Shown one piece after another: positions 62,916-64,000 of a stretch of DNA of 64,000 nt. The position numbers and the translations under genes are program-made. The notes under the pieces are model-generated. The model was not told the DNA's origin and did no database searches. It saw only the letters and a program-made list of their open reading frames with translations. Position 1 is the stretch's first letter; each line of letters starts with the position of its first letter. The DNA is from Antechinus flavipes (Eukaryota): contig NC_067398.1 in assembly GCF_016432865.1 (NCBI RefSeq), positions 270,940,001 through 271,004,000 of the forward strand. The letters are read 5' to 3'.

Positions 62916-64000
62916 CAGAACCCATGCCAGGATAATTTTTTACAGCATTATCCCTTGCACTCACTTCTGTTCCGATTTTTTCCCCTCCCCCAGATGGCAA
63001 GCAGTCCTTTACATGTTGAATAGGTTACAGTATATCCTAGATACAATATATGTGTGCAGAACCGGACAGTTTTCTTATTGCACAGGGAGAAGTGGATTCA
63101 GAAGGTATAAATAACCCGGGAAGAAAAACAAACATGCAAGCAGTTTATGTTCATTTCCCAGTGTTCTTTTTTTGGGTGTAGCTGCTTCTGTCCATCCTTG
63201 ATCAATTGAAAATGAATTAGCTCTCTTTATTGAAGAGATCCACTTCCATCAGAATACATCTTCAAACAGTATCGTTGTTGAGGTATATAACTATCTCCTG
63301 GTTCTGCTCATTTCACTTAGCATCAGTTCATGTAAGTCTCGCCAGTCCTCTCTGTATTCATCCTGCTGGTCATTTCTTACAGAACAATAATATTCCATAA
63401 CGTCCATATACCACAATGTACTCAACCATTCTCCAATTGATGGACATCCTTTCATTTTCCAACTTCTAGCTACTACAAACAGGGCTGCCACAAACATTTT
63501 GGCACATACAGGTCCCTTTCCCTTCTTTAGTATCTCTTTGGGGTATAAGCCCAGTAGAAACACTGCTGGATCAAAGGGTATGCACAGTTTGATAACTTTT
63601 TGAGCATAGTTCCAAATTGCTCTCCAGAATGGCTGGATGTGTTCACAATTCCACCAACAATGTATCAGTGTCCCTGTTTTCCCACATCCCCTCTAACATT
63701 CTGTATTATCTTACCCTGTCATTCTAGCCTATCTGTGTAGTGGTATCTCAGAGTTGTCTTAATTTGCATTTCTCTGATTAATAATGATTTGGAGCATATT
63801 TTCATATGTCTATAAATAGTTTAAATTTCTTCATCTGAGAATTGTCTGTTCATATCCTTTGACCATTTATCAACTGGAGAATGGTTTGATTTCTTGTAAA
63901 TTAGAGTCAATTCTCTATATATTTTGGAAATGAGGCCTTTATCAGAACCTTTGACTGTAAAAATGTTTTCCCAGTTTACTGTTTCCCTTCTAATCTTGTC
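62916..64000 (-). mobile_element. Young L1: ORF2 C-terminus and 3' UTR, continuing beyond the window; inactivated
   Basis: Minus strand reads KGLISKIYREL...SPVDKWSKDMNRQFSDEEI*...REMQIKTTLRYH and LLGLYPKE...MFVAALFVVA...CPSIGEWLSTLWY, typical of the L1 ORF2 C-terminus, with a stop and a frameshift. The 3' UTR is ~95% identical to 58106-58585. The tail falls in the 62786-62915 gap. Confidence 0.95.

Larger units (their letters stand above)
56337..64000 (-). other. PALM2: Intron upstream of the PALM2 terminal exon
   Basis: Repeat-rich with no paralemmin-like coding sequence found. The next upstream exon appears to lie beyond the window. Confidence 0.7.

Overview
AT-rich, CpG-poor vertebrate DNA from a gapped short-read assembly (6 N-runs). 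The repeat content (tRNA-headed CORE-SINEs of the WSINE1/MAR1 type, RTE-related elements, marsupial-type L1 3' ends, L2/MIR/CR1 relics) indicates a marsupial; a dasyurid such as the Tasmanian devil is my best guess. The only supportable protein-coding sequence is the large terminal coding exon of paralemmin-2 (PALM2, PALM2-AKAP2 locus) on the minus strand (55472-56141, start hidden in a gap), ending in ...KKKRCQCCVVM*. Sequence above about 56.3 kb is the preceding intron. Sequence below is a probable long 3' UTR (to about 46.8 kb) and then the PALM2-to-AKAP2 read-through interval. That interval is mostly transposon-derived: four solo-LTR candidates (two with exact TSDs), an orphan retroviral RT fragment, several 5'-truncated L1s with TSDs, and many SINE, L2 and hAT relics. 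I see no microbial, CRISPR or clearly new multi-gene system. The best leads are RNA-processing features: an exon-internal phase-1 splice donor just before the lipidation tail, a candidate 24-nt microexon, an inverted pair of young L1 ends upstream of the terminal exon, and sense-oriented LTR polyA/promoter cassettes. Repeat family names come from recalled consensus sequences, not from a database search.
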